DNA from: Podarcis vaucheri
Taxonomy: Eukaryota
DNA length: 64,000 nt
Reading direction: 5' to 3' (one strand)
NCBI GenBank assembly: GCA_965113315.1
Contig: OZ220364.1
The notes under the pieces are model-generated. The model had not been told where the DNA came from and did no database searches. It worked only from the letters and a program-made list of their open reading frames with translations. A program made the position numbers and the translations under genes. Shown piece by piece: positions 11,875 through 26,021 of this stretch (the stretch's first letter is position 1; every line of letters begins with the position of its first letter).

Positions 11875-14800
11875 TACATTGTCTCAATAGAGTTGATAAA
11901 TCACTAATATTTCTGGCTGATCCCCTAGGAACCAAGGCAAGGCTCAGAATGTTGCATACAATACTGAGGTGGTGAGTGATCTCCCAGGCTTTAGGCCTTG
12001 GACTGCTGCTTGAGAAAATGAAATGTACACTGGCAATACCCCAACGGAACCTTATTTCTGCATGGAACTTGTGGCGTTATTGCTTCTAACTGTTTAGCAT
12101 CACCGGTCTCAAGCTGAGCAATACTCTTCCAACAGAGATTCCGCATACACCCTTGCTTTTGACTTTCAGGCATCTCTTGAAGACTTGTTTAAGATTTCAC
12201 TGATGGCAATTTCACTTGCCATCTCGATGTAACGCTTGAGAAGGGTGGAAGAGTACAACTCCAAATACTTTTCACTAGTATTCCTGCTTGCCTCAAACTA
12301 CACATAGCCCTTCACAATTGACACAGAAACTATCTAGCAACAACAGAGAGCATTTAGGTTTATCTATTAAGGTCAGTGTTGCTAACCTGCTGCATTATGG
12401 CTCAGCATCTATGCACAGAACCAAAACAGGACTACAGATGTGCTGTAGTAGATGATGCTTTTATCCCCCATTTCCTTCACTTTAACACAAGGCATGTACA
12501 GCATATTCACTCTTCTGCATCTTGATTCTCTCTCTGTTTGGACCAAGCACTCTTTGGGGGGGTGGGAAAGCTTTGTGAAGTGTGTCTACTGCCCTGACCA
12601 AGGCCAAAATACCGGGGCTCAGCAGGTGGAACCCCACTTGTGTAGTTTGTAAGAAGAGCAAGGCTCTCCAGGAGCTGGGGTACCACAGGGGAACACAACA
12701 CACATAAACCTCCCCAGACTGGAGAAAATGTTAAGTCTTATTTAAACAAACAAGCAAGCTGCAACCTCAAACCCAGCAATCTCTTGTCCAGTCAAAACAG
12801 AACAGATTTGGGAAATGGTACCTTTAATATATATATAATTTTTATATATATATATAATTTTAAAATCCTTAAAGCAGGATAAAAAGGTGTGGCGGCTGTT
12901 TTGTCTCATTTGCAGCTTCAGAACATGTCAGGAGCATTTTTTCCCCTTTCCTATCTGTTAGCTTAGTTATTTTCTGAATGATTCCTTCACAAATCAGTGC
13001 GCTCACCTTTTTTAGTGCTTCTTGTATTTGCACAGTGTGGACAGCATTAAAAACCCGCCATTGGGGTTTCCATGTGCTGGGCAGCAACTGACACACAGCC
13101 TTGCCTGAAAAACCTCCCTGCCCTGATCCTTCTATGATCTACTAATCCTTGAACAAGGAATTCCCAGCATGCTGCTGTCTGTGCTCACAGGATGGTGTTC
13201 ATGTGGAGATGGAGATCATAGGATAATCAGAATGCCTGGCACTAAAACCGCACAGCACTAAACACTTCTTGAGCAACGGTGCTAGAGCTATTTGGAGCCT
13301 ATGACAAAGTGCACTTCTTGTGTCAGCTGAGATGCATCATCCCAGATGGAATGCCAGATGCTTGAGAGACAAAGTGGACATGTTTGCAGTACATGATATT
13401 CTGGTTGTATTTTGTGGGAGATTGGCTCATATTGTTCACAGCACATCTGTTTTATTCCTTCTTCTGCTTCATGTTTTATTTCCCTATGTATTCACATTTC
13501 TTGGGGTTCATTTCTCATGGCTGCTCACCAGTTGCTCACTCAGAATGGTCATCATCAATATCATCATCTTGATTTCTCAGAACTATTCAGCACTGTTGCA
13601 CTTGTGTCTGATTCAGGAACAGAATGTATCTCACAGAGAAACAAACTGGGATGGGGAGAACACAGAGACATGATGTCTCCGGGTCGTGTGGCAACTATTA
13701 TGGCTTTCCCATTATGAGCTCCAACATAAAATTTGCCATGCAGTTTTAAGCATGATAACATGCTTAGGTGAGACAGAACACTACAAATAATCTCCAAGTC
13801 ACATGAAAGTTACCTGTGAAGCAGACCAGAGCTGATCTTTTGGAGGAGTTGGCTCTGTTTCTACAGCTAGATGAATCAAACACCCTAAATAAGAACATTG
13901 CTTAGACATTTTCCATGCCTGCAAAATTCCTTGTTCTCTTGTGCTACTATGTCACACCCAGTGTGCAGGAGCAGGCAGCACCTGTCTCCTGAGAAGATCG
14001 AACAGCTAAAGATGACAAGAAAACTACCAGTGGGTACCATGCGCACACTTCATTAAAAAGGGATCAATGCATTTACTTGGGTAGCTACTACGCTCTATAC
14101 AGTACAACACACATAGCGAAATTATGGGCCAACGAGTCAACAGACAGCATAATTTCAAGTTAATCCAGTCTCTGTGGAACTGCATGCTCCAGCTGCTTTG
14201 AGTTCCAGCTGCAAAGCCAGGTCTCCAAACCCCTTTATAAGAAGCTGCTTGACCCCAAATCCTGCAGGAGGCCACAATTTCAGCATGAGGTATAGAATGT
14301 AAGAGAAGGAGAAGGAGAAATGGTGTCATTGAACAATGGGCCAAAACTGTAATAAAATCCTGCTCTGAGGAGCAGGAAAAGAACTAGTAAAATTACCCAT
14401 TCTCCATAGTTGATCACATCAAAGTGTTAAAAAGGAATGAGACACGAGGGTTGACTTTAGGGTTCCACTAAATCCCCAAACAAATTCCAGTTAGAGAGAG
14501 CAGCCATTTCCAGGTAAACCATCTGAACATTTTCAGACGTTTCTCCAAAACACAAATATGAGCGACATGGCCCTCCATAATCATGGCAGCCAGTGCTGGA
14601 GGGAAAGGGTGCAATGAGAAGTCAAAAGCTAAAGCAGGAAACACCTCACAGGTAGGTTACCTGGGGTATTGCTTTTGCTAACAGACTATCTGGCACCATT
14701 TCTATCTCCCATGTTAAAATACAATTCAGATAAAGTAGGCCAATCAGTTAGTGATGGTTCCTTACTCTTGCTACAAGAACTCCGTGATATGCAGGTCCCA

Positions 14801-16936
14801 TCCCATCCTACAATTCTATGATTTTATGTTCAGGCTCAATCTGTCCTTGGAGTGAGTTTATTGGTTTTAATATCTTCAAGATCAACTTCAGAGCAGCAAA
14901 TGGTTCCATGGGTGACAGTAAAAATGCTTTTGCAGAGCCAGTGTCTGCTTTCTCTGCCAAGTAGCTACAATTTCCTCCAAATGTTTTGCTGCTTCAAGCC
15001 TTTCATTGATTGAGCCTGCCTTTATCTTTGCAACCTTAAGGTGACTGGTCACTGAGGGGCTGGGGCTGGAGATGCTGTTCCCACTGCAGAAAATGGCATG
15101 CAGTGGTTCTGCCTTGGTACCATAATTCAGCACAAAGCCTGGGTGGATCTATCAGACAGAACGCTAACTGTGTGTTACATGAGAACTACTTCACAGAAGA
15201 AGAAACTTCCTCATAGAAGGCATTCTAAGAACAGGATTAACATGAAACCTCTATGCAAGTTATGACGTGTGACGTCATACATGTGTAAACTGCTTAGTAT
15301 GCCTTGTGTGGATTAGGAATGTCATCATGTGGCACTGACAGACAGGGCTCACATCAGGCTGAAGAGAAACTCAGTTTTATTTGTTCCTTTGACTGATATT
15401 ATACCTCTCTTTAAATTTTAAAAAAGCAAAAGTGTTGTCAGTGGTGGAGGAAAGACAATAAACCAACTACATGAAGATTTTCAGTCTGGTGTAATATTTG
15501 AGGGGTCAAATATCTCCTCTGTTTAGAGGGTTATTTATTAAATATATGACATCACAATCACATGGGTAGCAAATACCATCAAAATTTATTTTATTTGGTG
15601 GAGTTGGTGAACAGGCAAGACCTTTTTCTTTTTTTTATTTCCTTCATTGTTCAATGTACATTGTGTTTTTATATCCCATTTATAATTTCATAGATGAATC
15701 CATTTCATCCACTTCTGATTTATTTATTTTTACTTTACTATCAAAAGGGACTTGTATAAATTATTTTGTTGTTAATTATTTTGTTGTTAGTGTATTGTCT
15801 GTTTCTGTTATTCAATTTTTAAAATGCTATTCTGGAACCATTTAATGTATCTTTTTATATTTGATTTTCAAGAATAGCATCACACTTGACATGTCAAACA
15901 TTACTCTTCCTTTTGTATAGCATATATATCAGGCATGCCCATGTTAGAATGAATGCTATTATTGCAGAGATTTGTCTTTTCTACTCTTTGTACAGGGCTT
16001 ATCAGTATTTTCAAATGCTTAATACATAAATAACAGCAACAAACAAATAAATATCTATTTACTTTTGGCCTGGCTAAACATGTCCAGACTTCCTTAAACC
16101 TTCTAGCAGCTGGAGAATGGAAGTAAGAAACAAGAACATAGTTCAATAGCCATCTGGTTTTTACTTGCTTGCTTTGTAGCGGTAGAGACAATGGCTAAAC
16201 CAAATGGAGTTCCTCCACAGTTTGGCACTAGCTAAGGCCCGTACCAGCTGCTCCCCCATTATCACCTAAAGTGTGCAAGGCTGCCTCGGTCTTGAAACTG
16301 GGCAGCATTTGTGCAGACATGTCATTTATAACAAGCTATACAAGTAACCAGAGCCAACTGTTATGTGAAAGCACTAGCTCTCACAAACAGGGTCTAAAAC
16401 CTGACAGTGGTCCTCCCAGAATCCCAAAGTGATTGCGTGGTGACACTATTTTGCTAGTCCTAGGTTGTATATGCAAAATTACATTGCATATGCAAAATTA
16501 CATTCTGCTACAGGTGCAATTCATATGCTCAAGGTGATTCCGAGGAGGTTGGCTAGATAATTCTACAGATTCACTAGAGCAGAGTTACAGCTTTTGTGCT
16601 GACAAATGCTAATTCACTGATACCAGCTTCCTTGGAGCCACACTGGATATTCTAAAGAAGCACACTTCCTCTCCCCATGCTTCCATGTCTCACACAAAGC
16701 AGGGTAGATTGGCCCTGCCCTTCATAGATATTTCCCCCACTGTGTTTGTTCCTGCAGTGGAAGAACACCCAGCTCACCCATGGGGGTGAATATGCACCAC
16801 ACCCCTTTGGATGAGATCTAGGAGAATGGAAAGGGGAAGTTTGGCTTCCTCTCTCTTCCCACTTCTACAGTACGCCTGGCACGGCTCTTGGTCTGTTCAT
16901 AGTGTTTAAACAGCTTTGTAGTGCTTCTTATTAGTA

Positions 16937-17003
16937 GAATCATAGAATCATAGAGTTGGAAGAGACCACAAGGGCCATCGAGTCCAACCCCCTGCCAAGC
17001 AGG
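16937..17003 (-). mobile_element. Very short CR1-type 3' end with (ATTCTATG)n tail
   Basis: GAATCATAGAATCATAGAGTTGGAAGAGACCACAAGGGCCATCGAGTCCAACCCCCTGCC; 10-bp TSD CTTATTAGTA (16927-16936 / 17018-17027). Confidence 0.85.
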
Positions 17004-19919
17004 TAACTTATTTGTAACTTATTAGTAACTTCCTAATTCTTAATTTTAAATTATTTGTAACCTGCCTTGGGATCTGCTGGTGAAGGGCCTGTAATAAATT
17101 TAACAACAACAATTGCAGAGACATATAATCTATTTTAAGAACAAAAGTCCTACTGAAGTCAAGTTGCAGGGTTCTGCTGCTCAAACTGGTTCAAGTGCCC
17201 TTGGTATGTAAAGCGTGGTTGGTATGTAAAGTTAGGGCAGAAGAGGATGTGCCAGATGCAAACAGGGAGCTGAAGTGAACAAGTAAAGCTCCATGAACCC
17301 TGCAGCAATCCCAGCAAAGCATAACTGCTATTAACCTCACCCTTGGAACAAGACCGAACAAATAAGCCCCTAGCAATATCCTTTCTTCTTGCTGAGCAAG
17401 ATTGATTGAAAAACAAATTGGCGCAAATAAGGCATGAAATTAGATTAAAGCCTCTCACTTGGGGCTGCCAGGACGGAAATCAAGACTTGGACAGGCTTCT
17501 GTGGGAGCCGAGGCACCATTAATAAATCTGTCTGTGGCCCCTCCTTGTCCCTGCAGCCTTACAGCCCAAGAGAATATACTCATAGCCACCACAGTATTAT
17601 AATCAAGCAGAAAGAGTTTTCTTCTTGTTCATGGCTTGCCCAATGATAGTTTGAGAGGGTGTACTTGTGAACTGCTGTGTGCTGGCAAATTTAAGAGTTC
17701 CTGATTACAGCTCCCTTTAAGGAATACAACCCTGCTGATTTCAGATCCGCCCAGTTAAAAGCGGGAATAGGAAACCAACTTGATGAGATTTTTCCTACTG
17801 TCTGAACACAGGGCAGATTTTCTGCCTTGCCTGTCATTTGCAGATGATGGGGAAGACAAACAGGAATAAGAAACAAGTTAAAGGTGAGTTTAATCTTTTA
17901 GAAACCTTGCAAGATGGCGGGTAGCAGAGGGGGGAGCACACAATCAACTTTGAGCTCATGCTCCCTGGGCTCCCCAAATTACCCCTAAACAACAATTGTC
18001 CCAAGTATTCAGCTCACCCTTCCAAGGGCTGGAATGCACCTCCCATCTTTCAATCCAATGCAAGTCCAACTGTGCAAGACTTTAGCATATGAAAAGAAGC
18101 AGCAAAATACTTGTCCAAGGATAGACAGAAAATAGTATGTCATCAAGAGTGGGACAATGAGTTGAACTGGATGCCACGGGGACCGTAGAAGTTTCTGTTT
18201 CTTGAGTGGCAGCAGTACTTCTTTAAAATTCTTATTCACCCTTCAGAGGCTTCTAGAAGCAGAGAACATACTGCTGGGGCTCCAGAAAGGAAAGTGATAC
18301 CATCACACTGAAACTGGGTTTAAGAGAACAAAAAAGGAAGGTGGGTTACACTTGGGAGTACTTCAGCCCTGGCCATCAGGGGCTTGCACGTTTTGTCTGG
18401 TCTAGCTAGCCTGCTAAAATGTGTGATTGCCAGATTCCTGACCCTTCACTAGCAGGGGAGGGGCAGTGTCTTACCGCTTATGTGTTCCAGAAAACAGTCT
18501 GGAGGCACATGATACAATAACCTTGATTAAGCAAAGCAGTTCTGATCCTTGTCAGTGCCTGCATGGCACACTGATTGTGAATCCGTGTATGTTAACTTGC
18601 ATCCCATCACAGAACAAAAACAAGGCATACAGGTAATAAAACAACTATGTTGAACTTCAGAGGCAATCCAGGCACTTGGAAGTGTGGTGTGAGATCTGGA
18701 TGATCCACTTCCTTTCTGTACTGAGCTTCAAGCTCCAGAGAAGAGCTGGAGCACATCCATATTGCACTGCACTTTCAAGAGTAGCAAATCCAGAGTAATA
18801 CTACCAGTTTAAGAGAAGGGACTTGCACGAGTAACTGATGGCAGACTCTGCTCAATAGATTTTCACTACACAAAATTTCATCATGTTTCCTGGTTCACCC
18901 CACAGCTAAAAGTGTAAGCTGCCTATGTGACTTCATAAAGCCAATCTTGAAGTGAAATCATTATACCATCTTTGGTTCCCACCTACTGTTTATTTGGGCT
19001 TAGTTGGGGAGTAAATTTACATATGGGACCTCCCTTCAGAACAAACATTTTATTTTTAAATCATGCATCAACGCCTCTCTCACCCCCACCCCTAAACGAT
19101 GATACAATTATTGGGAATTCGAATAGTATTGTAAAAGAATTGTGGGAAAGTGGCATATTAAAAATGCACATCTATTTTAAATTACAATGAAGAATTTCTA
19201 CTATATGTAAGTGTTTCAGAGGAGAATGGAATGCAGTTGTCAAGGGTACCCACACCTGCTTCCTTCCCTTCTAGCTTCTATCAAGAAGCCGTATTGTGGA
19301 AAAGCAGCCATATCCACCCGCAAAACCAAAGCAGAATGAAAGGGCTCAAACCCAGGGGTGGCGGTGGGGTGTACAAAGGCCTTTGCTTTATGTTTGACAG
19401 CAAGTCATAGCCCCCGGTGGGCGCCTTCTAACCCTTGTCATGACCTTCGGCTCCCTCCATTGTAAGGGGGCTCCATTGTGATGTGTTCTTGCTGAAAGCA
19501 AGGGGATAGTGTTAACTTGCTGAATGCCATTTTAGGGTCTCTCCCATTAGGGTATGAAGGCAGCAAGGACAAGGAGCAGCCAAGATGTTTTGTTATTAAA
19601 GCTTGAGCGTACTGCTTAGCACCGGAGTATCTCGTTCAGAGCCCACTGCAGCAGCACCTGTCTCCCCCACTTTGCTGCTTCATCATATCAGAGCTCAAAT
19701 GGAGGTGTCACAAGGTACCTCACATTTCAGAAGGCAAGAAAACTGGAATCCGACAAAATCTAGCAACGTGATAACAATAGGGGCAGGGATGGGAAGCCCG
19801 TGATCCTTCGGATGTTGTTGGATAATGACCATGGTAAATGGTCAGGCATGATGCAAGTTGTAATCCAACAACATCTGGAGGGCTAAAGGTTCCCCGCTAG
19901 GGAATACTTTGCATTTTCA

Positions 19920-20340
19920 ACTACATTTCTGATATTTCTGCTTAGATGCTTCAACATAGTCTCAAGCTCAGCGTGATTAAAAACAAACTTCTCATCTTTC
20001 CTCCCAAGCCATCATCTCTTTGTCCGTTACCGGTGTCACCGTCCACCCAGTTGACCAGGCACAAAGCCTTGGTATTCTATTTGATACTTCCCTTTGCCTC
20101 CCAAAATTATTAAGCTCTCTCAAAACTTTGACTTTTTGGCCCTCATCTTTAAGTCCCTTCTTGTCTTCAGCATTCAAAACCTTCCCTAGCCTCATCTGTC
20201 CTTGTCTGCACATATTTTGCAAGAGATCATTTTGTCAAGCTCTACCATCCTCAACCATTCAAAGGTTGCTACCTGAAGTAACATTTCCCCTTGCTGCTCC
20301 TTATGACTGGAACTTCCTCCCACATGGAACTTACTACCAA
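19920..20340 (+). mobile_element. Degraded L2 LINE ORF2 fragment
   Basis: Decayed frame resembling SDISAWM..LKL..KT.LLIFPPKP...VHPVDQAQSLGILFDTSL, typical of the L2 RT C-terminal region. Confidence 0.7.
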
Positions 20341-22460
20341 GAAACAAGCATAGGATTGAGCGTCCCCATGCATATTTGTACTAGTTGCACACCTTTCACA
20401 TGACAAGTGGCAGAGCCATAGCTATGGGGGTAGCCAGGTTTTTTTGCCCTGGGTGAAGCCTCCGGAGGGGTGCCATTGAGGTTCCCTGTCTCTCTCTGTG
20501 TGTGTACACAAATGCGCATGGGAGGGGGTACCAAAGTGAGTCTTTGACCCGGGTGAAATAAAGCCTAGTTTCTTCCCTGCAAGTGGCTAGATAGAGCCTG
20601 GCAGGTAGCCCTGTCAGAAAAACTAACTTGCCATGCCCAGTTTGCAGGGGAAACCACAAAAAAGACTCATTCTATGCTATATGACACCCATTCATTGACT
20701 TTATCAACAAACAGTGGGATTTATGACCACTCCCAACAGCCCATACAACTTTCTGGAGAGGTCTAATCCTTCATGTAGCTGATCCTGTGTAAAATGACAA
20801 CCCCATTGCAAATGTTAATTAAATGTATTTTCATGTTAAAAGTTTTTTAAAAAATTGGGGGGGGGTGGAAATTGTGCTGGTTGCATGTCAGATGAAATAA
20901 TACTAAACCACCAAACTACAATATCGTTCTAATCTGAATTGTCATGTATTTAATTTAGAACATGAATTCGTATTTTACAAAGTATAACAATGCTAGCGGC
21001 AATGTCAGTCAACATAGCCATTCCAGAGTCACAGTGGTTCGCCTTCCTGATTATCAGGAAAATTACCAGAGTTTTCTCCCCACCTTCTCTCTCCTATCCC
21101 CATTTCTCTCAGCTAAAGTGTTTATGGAACTGCAAAATGAGGAAATCGAAAGGCCAAATGCAGCCCATCTCCAGGGGCAGAGAAAGAATGTTCCCTACAG
21201 TATGGCCTCTGGGCTGTTGTCCTGCCCAGCTTAGGTCAGTCCAAGCATTTGCGTAACTGCATTATATCACAGCTGCTGCAAATGAAGCACACAGATAGCC
21301 AAGATAGAGCAGGTCATATCTTACACTATTCTGCTCCTATACTTTGTGGGAAATCCTAGGAACGTGATAAGACCTACAGGAAACCCTAGCCCTACAGCAG
21401 AGCAAAGAATTTTTTCCAGTTATTATTTCCAGTAGCTGCCCAGGGTATACAGATTAGCCTTTTGAGCAGCAGCAATTCTATAATCCAGGAAAGAATTTGC
21501 AGCCAGAAATGAATGACGCTAACAGCAACTGGTAGGGAAAACTGGCAAGGCTGGATGCTGGTGCACCAGAAGAGGTAAGTCGTGCCGAACTTCGTAATGT
21601 GGCTCACAGGCCAAGTTTACCATATGGAATAATTCATTTAAGTCAATGAAGGTTTGTTTAGCTGAAACAATCCATGTCTACAATCACAGTTGGAATGCAC
21701 TAAATCAGGGCTAGGCAAACTTCAGGGCTGAGGGCCATATTGGTTGGGGGCTGCATACCACTGGTGGTCAGGGCCAAGGCCAAAAAGTAGGCATGGCCAC
21801 TCCCCCTTTTCTCTCTCTCTTTCTCTCTCCTTCCCTTCTTTTCATCAATCCATCCCCCTCTTCTCTCTCTGACATGCACACATGTGCACACACACACACG
21901 CACACACACACATCCCTCACACAGACATGGATGGTGTGCCTGTTTCTCAGCCAGATTCCTGCCTGGTCAGCCCCTTCAGAGTGAATGTCAGAGCATCTTC
22001 TAGTCATCTCGTCCAACAATGCAATCCTCAGCTTGAAGCCAGAGCTATATTCCCATTCAGTAGCCCTCCACAGATATACCTGCTGCACAAGCCAGAGGCC
22101 AATGTGCCAGGAACAGAGCAAACGGACCACAGAAAAGTGCCTACAAAGCAAACAGATTGAGATGACTCAAACAAACAACAGCCATAACATACGCAGCCAT
22201 ACAAGCAAAAGCAAAAACACACCCTGGAATCATTACATCTTTGGGGCAACATTTCTCAGTTTATATATTGAGTCTCTACCACAAAAGTGACAAGTAAAGC
22301 AGTGCACAATCACTATAAAACCTGCAGTACTACCACTAACAAAGGCACAATACTAGGACAACAGGCACATCCCCACAGTGCAGCTACACTTAGAACATAA
22401 CTGTAGAAAGAAACAGCAGAAACCAACTCCTTGGTTACTCACTATACTGTGAAAAGACAA

Positions 22461-22473
22461 AGAAGGAAGGAAA

Positions 22474-22518
<45 letters not shown>

Positions 22519-22520
22519 AG
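22461..22520. repeat. (GAAA)n microsatellite
   Basis: Read directly from the sequence. Confidence 0.97.
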
Positions 22521-23317
22521 CAATGTATTAAAAACTGCCAGAAAAATGGCAGCAAAGGAGCCAACTGCTGGCAGAGCATTCCACAGGATGGCCTCCATCA
22601 GTAGGATATACAGGCCCTAAGACAAAGTTTTCCCCAACCCAAAAATTTCAGATGGACTGCAGCACCCATCCAAAATGTTCGGTTCCAAAATGCTGGGGGT
22701 AGTTGACCTAGCCTGTACCCTGGTTTAAAGTTCGTCACTCATACTGCTAACTGGGCCCAGAAGCTAACAGGAAGCCAGCAAAGCTAGAAGCAATTTTACC
22801 AAGACCTGTCATGAGTAACCTGTCAAAGATGAACTGCAGCATATCATACTCCCCCAAACTTCCAAAGTGTTTTTGAAGGTGCACTGCAATAACCAACGTG
22901 AGAGATTAAATCCTTGTCTAAGCAGCCACACGGCTATCCCATGAATTGCCCACCTGCCCATTGCTACCCTCCAGCAGCAAGACAAGGTCTAGGAGTAGAA
23001 TTATAAAATGAGAGAGAAGTAGAAAATGTCCAGGTTGCTCAGCTTAAAATGTTCAGCAAGGCTGCTGGCTCAAAATGTTGGCAAAGAGCAATTTTATAAA
23101 AGCAAATGAATTTTAATTACTTTTCCAGTCAAATGCAGATGTTATATAACTAAAGCAAACCCTGGTGCAGAACCAGCAATGGCAATGTTTTCTCTCTTTC
23201 ACACTAAAGCTGGTCTTGGCTCGTGATCCATTTGAGATTTCTCTACAAAATATACATTCCCTTTTCTTTCAGTTTCGAGCCACTTTCAACTTGAGCATTT
23301 ATTTATATCCTGCCGTT

Positions 23318-23503
23318 CCTCCAAGGAGCTTGATTCCCCACATTAGCATTCATTCCCACATTTTATTATTCCAACGACCCTGTTTGGCAGATTAAACCTC
23401 GAGATAAGTGACAGGGCCAAGGTCACCCAGCGAGTTTCATGACTGAGGATTTGAAACTGAATCTTGCAGTCTGACCAGAGCACTCTATCCACAACAACGC
23501 ACA
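23318..23503 (-). mobile_element. MIR/CORE-like SINE remnant
   Basis: AAGTGACAGGGCCAAGGTCACCCAGCGAGTTTCATG...GGATTTGAAACT resembles the MIR core and B-box. Confidence 0.6.
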
Positions 23504-24772
23504 CTCTTGAAGAAGTGCGGCAAAGTGATTCTGTCCAATGGGCTGCTACATATAACTTCCATCCAGATTTCTTCTTTTGGATTGCAATGTTCAGACAGCC
23601 CTCAGATTGCATTTAGGGGTGGCTGTGCTATCACCTGTGCTTATGCCAAGTGACATGTAGCCAAGACAGTGTTGTGGACTTCTGGGGAAGTGTGCAATGA
23701 TGGAATCTGAAAGGTGCCACACTCCCAAGTGGGCTAGGCAGTCAAATAAAAATGATAAAATACGGGAGCTCATCCTCTCTGACTAAAGTGGTGCTTAAAA
23801 ACGTCAATAAAATTGCTACTGAAGGGATATCATGCACTTAGGGACCCACCGCCAATCAGATTGTTCAGTTTGGCTGAACTTTCCTTGTGCTTTTAAAGAG
23901 AAGACGCCTTGTGCTGCAATCTGCTTCTGAAAAGATGGATTGTTCCATTGAAAATGATATACTCAGGGGAATGAATAAATAATAATTTTTTAAAATTTAG
24001 GGATCCAGGAGATACTGTTGCAAGTTTGAGTGTTTACTACTCCCTCTCTACCCTGTAAATAATTTTCTGTGAAAAGAGAATAAAAACTTGCACTTCTATA
24101 GCTTTTATCCTAAACTGAAAGTAGCAGATGACGACAAGAATAAATGAGTACCACAACAGTGATGTTGCTAATGTTCCTTAAAAGATACAATAATAACATA
24201 TTTAAATAGCTGGTTCTTTACTTCCATCTGTTTGCCAAATTTGTTCTGCTCAAGGTCAGGCTACCCACAAGACTGTAAAATACCCAACCAAAGGTAATAC
24301 ATTACAGGCGTCTCCTCACTTACACAGGGTTTACATTCCCAGGTACTCCACATATACATGAAATCACATATAGTGGGGGACACCATCTAAAATGCCTGTA
24401 AACACCCTCTAAACCTCTGGAAACTCGTGAAAACCCCTTTAAAAAGCCAGCAGCACTTACCACAATGGCATGAATGGTGGCAATGGGGGCTCTCAGTTTT
24501 CCTCATCTCTAGAGGATGATGTTGAAAAAATGACAAGGGGGGCAGACTGGTCTCCTGAAGTACCAAACTCCACAAAATCCGCCAAACTCCGCCACAATCA
24601 CTCCCTCCAAAGCTTTCTCTCAAACTCCAACTCTCCACAAGCCTCAAAGGTTGGTGCAAAGACTTCTGGGATTGCTAGCCATTCATTTCACACAATTTTT
24701 GCCTTTTCCATGTCTTTTTGCAGTTTAAATCTATGTACTTAATTATTTCCCAGAGCCTGTTTTTTTACACAA

Positions 24773-25718
24773 TACGAACAACTGATTGGTTCCAAATTGG
24801 GAAAGGAGTACGGCAAGGCTGTATATTGTCTCCCTGCTTATTTAACTTATATGCAGAATTCATCATGCGAAAGGCTGGGCTGGATGAATCCCAAGCTGGA
24901 ATTAAGATTGTCGGAAGAAATATCAACAACCTCAGATATGCAGATGACACAACCTTGATGGCAGAAAGTGAAGAGGAATTAAAGAACCTTTTAATGAGGG
25001 TGAAAGAGGAGAGCGCAAAATATGGTCTGAAGCTCAACATCAAAAAAACGAAGATCATGGCCACTGGGCCCATCACCTCCTGGCAAATAGATGGGGAAGA
25101 AATGGAGGCAGTGAGAGATTTTACTTTCTTGGGCTCCATGATCACTGCAGATGGTGACAGCAGTTACGAAATTAAAAGACGCCTGCTCCTTGGGAGAAAG
25201 GCGATGGCAAACCTAGACAACATCTTAAAAAGCAGAGACATCACCTTGCCAACAAAGGTCCGTATAGTAAAAGCCATGGTTTTCCCAGTAGTGATGTATG
25301 GAAGTGAGAGCTGGACCATAAAGAAGGCTGATCGCCGAAGAATTGATGCTTTTGAATTATGGTGCTGGAGGAGACTCTTGAGAGTCCCATGGACTGCAAG
25401 AAGATCAAACCTATCCATTCTGAAGGAAATCAGCCCTGAGTGCTCACTGGAAGGACAGATCGTGAAGCTGAGGCTCCAATACTTTGGCCACCTCATGAGA
25501 AGAGAGGACTCCCTGGAAAAGACCCTGATGTTGGGAAAGATGGAGGGCACAAGGAGAAGGGGACGACAGAGAATGAGATGGTTGGATGGTGTTCTTGAAG
25601 CTACTAGCATGAGTTTGATCAAACTGCGGGAGGCAGTGGAGGACAGAAGTGCCTGGCGTGCTCTGGTCCATGGGGTCACGAAGAGTCGGACACGACTAAA
25701 CGACTAAACAACAACAAC
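24773..25718 (+). mobile_element. 5'-truncated BovB (RTE-clade) LINE, C-terminal RT region, antisense to NTN1
   Basis: Uninterrupted frame TTDWFQIGKGVRQGCILSP...NNLRYADDTTL...HGVTKSRTRLND* (stop at 25705-25707) followed by a (CAA)n tail. Possible 6-bp TSD ACACAA (24767-24772 / 25719-25724). Confidence 0.96.
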
Positions 25719-25967
25719 ACACAAACACTATTTCTTTTGCTATGTAATAACCCATTCTTGACATTTAATGTTAATTATTGTATTCTTAAATGAAAAAAAC
25801 AAAATATTACGCTTATGACCTCCCCCTCGCCTACAGGAAAAAGCCTTGAATAAGTTTCAGTCCTGCTTACTTTGTTGTTGCTATAACTTGGGGAGCAGAC
25901 CTATCTTGTCTTTGGAACAGGATATCCCCCCCCCGACAGTTTGAACAGGATAAAAAGTATAACATAC

Positions 25968-26021
25968 CTGCAGGTTCTTCTGTGCTACTGGCCACAGTGG
26001 TGGGAGGAACAACAGGTATCT
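25968..26021 (-). CDS. NTN1: Netrin-1 54-nt linker exon (human exon 5 equivalent): (K)IPVVPPTTVASSTEEPA(D)
   Basis: Found by manual reading; absent from the ORF track. A ~60-nt AG-free pyrimidine tract ends ttaccacag|AG ATA CCT GTT GTT CCT CCC ACC ACT GTG GCC AGT AGC ACA GAA GAA CCT GCA G|gtatgt. Resembles human KIPVAPPTTAASSVEEPED and keeps the frame. Confidence 0.96.

Noticed and set aside
16468-17230. Short tandem duplications (ATGCAAAATTACATT x2; TTGGTATGTAAAG x2)
   Set aside because: Ordinary slippage duplications with no evidence of function.
24303-24720. Possible old Tigger-like element (TACAGGCGTCTCCTCACTTAC...) next to BovB
   Set aside because: No matching right TIR could be identified with confidence.
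24765-25679. Minus-strand ORFs of 126 and 171 aa
   Set aside because: Antisense shadows of the BovB RT frame.
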